Below, one piece after another: positions 61,747 through 64,000 of a DNA stretch of 64,000 nucleotides; the stretch's first letter is position 1; each line of letters opens with the position of its first letter. The notes under the pieces are model-generated. The model did no database searches and was not told the DNA's origin. It saw only the letters and a list, made by a program, of their open reading frames with translations. The stretch is from Eledone cirrhosa (taxonomy: Eukaryota), in contig OZ024762.1 in the NCBI GenBank assembly GCA_964016885.1, positions 16,554,001 to 16,618,000 of the forward strand, written 5' to 3'. The translations under genes were made by a program, and so were the position numbers.

Positions 61747-62479
61747 CTGTGAATGTGTATACACACATACGCTTGTGCCTATACATGAATTATATATATA
61801 TATGTACGTAAATATATGTATGTGTGTGTGTATGTATGTATATATATATATGTATATATATACACAAAAGCATATGTATGTATACACATTCACATATATA
61901 TACGTTTGTGTCTATAGGAGAGGGACATATATAATATATATATTCTACATAATATGATATATATAGTATAATATATGATATAATATATATACATATATAA
62001 TAAATATATACAATATAATATATATGAAAATAATATGCATATATATATATATAATATATACACATATATAATATATATTGGACGTCACTATATAGTGACG
62101 TCCTATGAACTGAGTACTCTTACCAAACTTTTACTACAGTATATTAAATATATGATATCATATACTAGATAGATACACATATGTATGAGCGCATAAACAT
62201 GTACGAAGTTGTTGTACATGTATTTTGAATAACAATTATTATTACTGGGTTTAATAAATGTATCCTGCGTTTGTAATGAAATTTCCACCTTTCAAACCCC
62301 ACAAAATACTTTCAATATGGTTTTCATCCATAGCAAGTGTTGTGAAATCATTTTTGCACCCATTTTTGCGATTAAGTAAAGACAGAGTTATCGTTCTTGA
62401 GATTTCCCCTTGGTGAAATTTAAGGAACTGATGTCGCTAAAGCGTCAACTTATTTACCCTCACTGTTGCATCATGGGAG
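61301..62479. mobile_element. Non-autonomous DNA transposon with ~130-bp TIRs (CTCCCATGATGCAACAGTG...)
   Basis: 61301-61430 is the reverse complement of 62350-62479; interior non-coding with microsatellites. Confidence 0.85.
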
Positions 62480-62514
62480 TATTTACATACTGCCAATTGC
62501 TCTTCCTTCTCTAT

Positions 62515-63360
62515 GGTTTGAGGGATATTTAGCTGCTATTTCTAGCATTTTCTACAGTAGAAGAAGCTCTTATTTGAGGGCGATTTCGTTACTAATATTT
62601 CTAGCATGTTACAAGATAAACAGGTCGTAACTTTTGGCTGCTATTTCTCGTATAAGGTAGCCATTTTGTTGGGTAGCACCGGCTAATAGTTTGAACGGAC
62701 TACCTATTGGTTTTCACGTTGAACGGTAGTACTGGCTGGGTAGTTGAACGTTTCTTTAACTGGATGACAAAGGGAAGTAACTCTCTCACGACTAATTTCT
62801 AAGAGTTCTTTCCTTTGGATCAAAATTTATAAAATTAGCCCCCCCCCCCCCAACACACACTCAGGCAATTTTATTTTTTAATAACTTCCTTAATAATGTA
62901 TGTTTTTTAATGAAATTTTGTAGAGGTACGTATTAAGATGTGTAAATTGCAAATATTTAGATGAAATATACATTTAAAGGAAATTTCAACAAATAGACTA
63001 TATGTTTACAGGAAGAGTTGGCTACAATTTTTAGCATTTTCTAATACATTGAAATATATTGTGTGGAAATTTCGTTACTATTACTAGCATTTTCAAAGTC
63101 ACCAGAATACGTAATTTGACTGGTTTTCTAGCATTTTACAAGCCGTCAGCGTGTGATTTGAGAGGGACTTGGCTGCTGTTTCTTGCTTCTTCTAGGACAC
63201 TATGTCGCGTGATTTGAGGAATATTTTAGCTGCTATTTTTAGCAGTTTCTGCGGTAGTGAACTGTGTTATTTGAAGGCGGTTCAGTTGTTATTTGTAGTA
63301 AGATTTACGGCATCACGGTTTATGTTTTACCCGAGATTTGGCGGCTATTTCTAACATTTT
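62515..63360 (+). repeat. Degenerate cluster of GATTTGAGGG...GCTGCTATTTCTAGCATT motifs
   Basis: About ten diverged copies at irregular ~60-nt spacing. Confidence 0.6.
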
Positions 63361-64000
63361 ATGTGTGCGTGTGTTTATACTTGACTATGTGTATGATTTA
63401 TTAAATGTATGTGTGTGAGAGAGTGTAAAAGCTATACAGATATATAGAGAGAAGGTATATATTTGGATTTTGGTCTTCAAATTTGTTATTACTATATATA
63501 TAGAAATAATAAATTTGAAGACCAAAATCCAAATATATAGAGAGAGAGAGAGGCAAATCAGCGATGTTTACGATGAGAGAAGCTAATAAAATACATGGTA
63601 AACTTCTTTATTAGTTTAGATAAGTTTATAAAGAATGTGTTAAGATAGACAAGACAAAGTAATAGTATTTGTAAGGACATTATGCGATTTATTTATATTT
63701 TAATGTTTTATTCATCGTCTGCCGCCATTAACAACAGAGGTAAAGAGAGGAGTGGTGGGAGGTAGTCATAACAACCGTGGTAGTAGAACTGTTTTCAAAG
63801 AGACGATATGCACCAAATTTTATTTACTAAAATTAGTGACAAATTAAAATATTACGAATGTTTAAAACTAATTATTTCTTGATTTTTAGAATGCTTAAAA
63901 TGTTTAGTAATTCATGTCTAAAGTTTTAATATTTTTAGATTCGCAGCAAACCTGAAACTCGTCGTATATATATATATATATATATATTTTAATCATTTGA

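Overview
AT-rich, repeat-dense eukaryotic DNA. The SINE/RTE repertoire, (TA)n runs and CEICGK-type zinc fingers point to an octopod cephalopod (inference). I reconstructed three genes by hand: (1) TTLL12 on the minus strand, ten coding exons from 20724 down to 2196, running off the left edge, with a 1-nt phase conflict between exons 4 and 5; (2) a complete seven-exon CFAP96/C4orf47 orthologue on the plus strand, 32207-49689, 308 aa; (3) a 13-finger C2H2 ZNF coding exon at 53586-54854. The rest is RTE, CRE-like and R4-like LINE fragments, three SINE families, a Merlin/IS1595-type element, mariner/hAT/piggyBac-type MITEs and minisatellites, several of them TE-derived. The main unexplained structure is a set of at least ten mutually dissimilar non-coding elements, mostly in (TA)n tracts, resembling Penelope-like element termini. 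The complete ones share a layout: inverted arm, arm carrying a minimal hammerhead ribozyme, then a short unique tail. About 16 of these tails begin with the same covarying bulged stem-loop, RCTC-stem-loop-stem'-TN-GAGY. Where both arms are present it lies 3-7 nt beyond the end of the inverted arm, making it a candidate conserved cis-signal for priming or integration.
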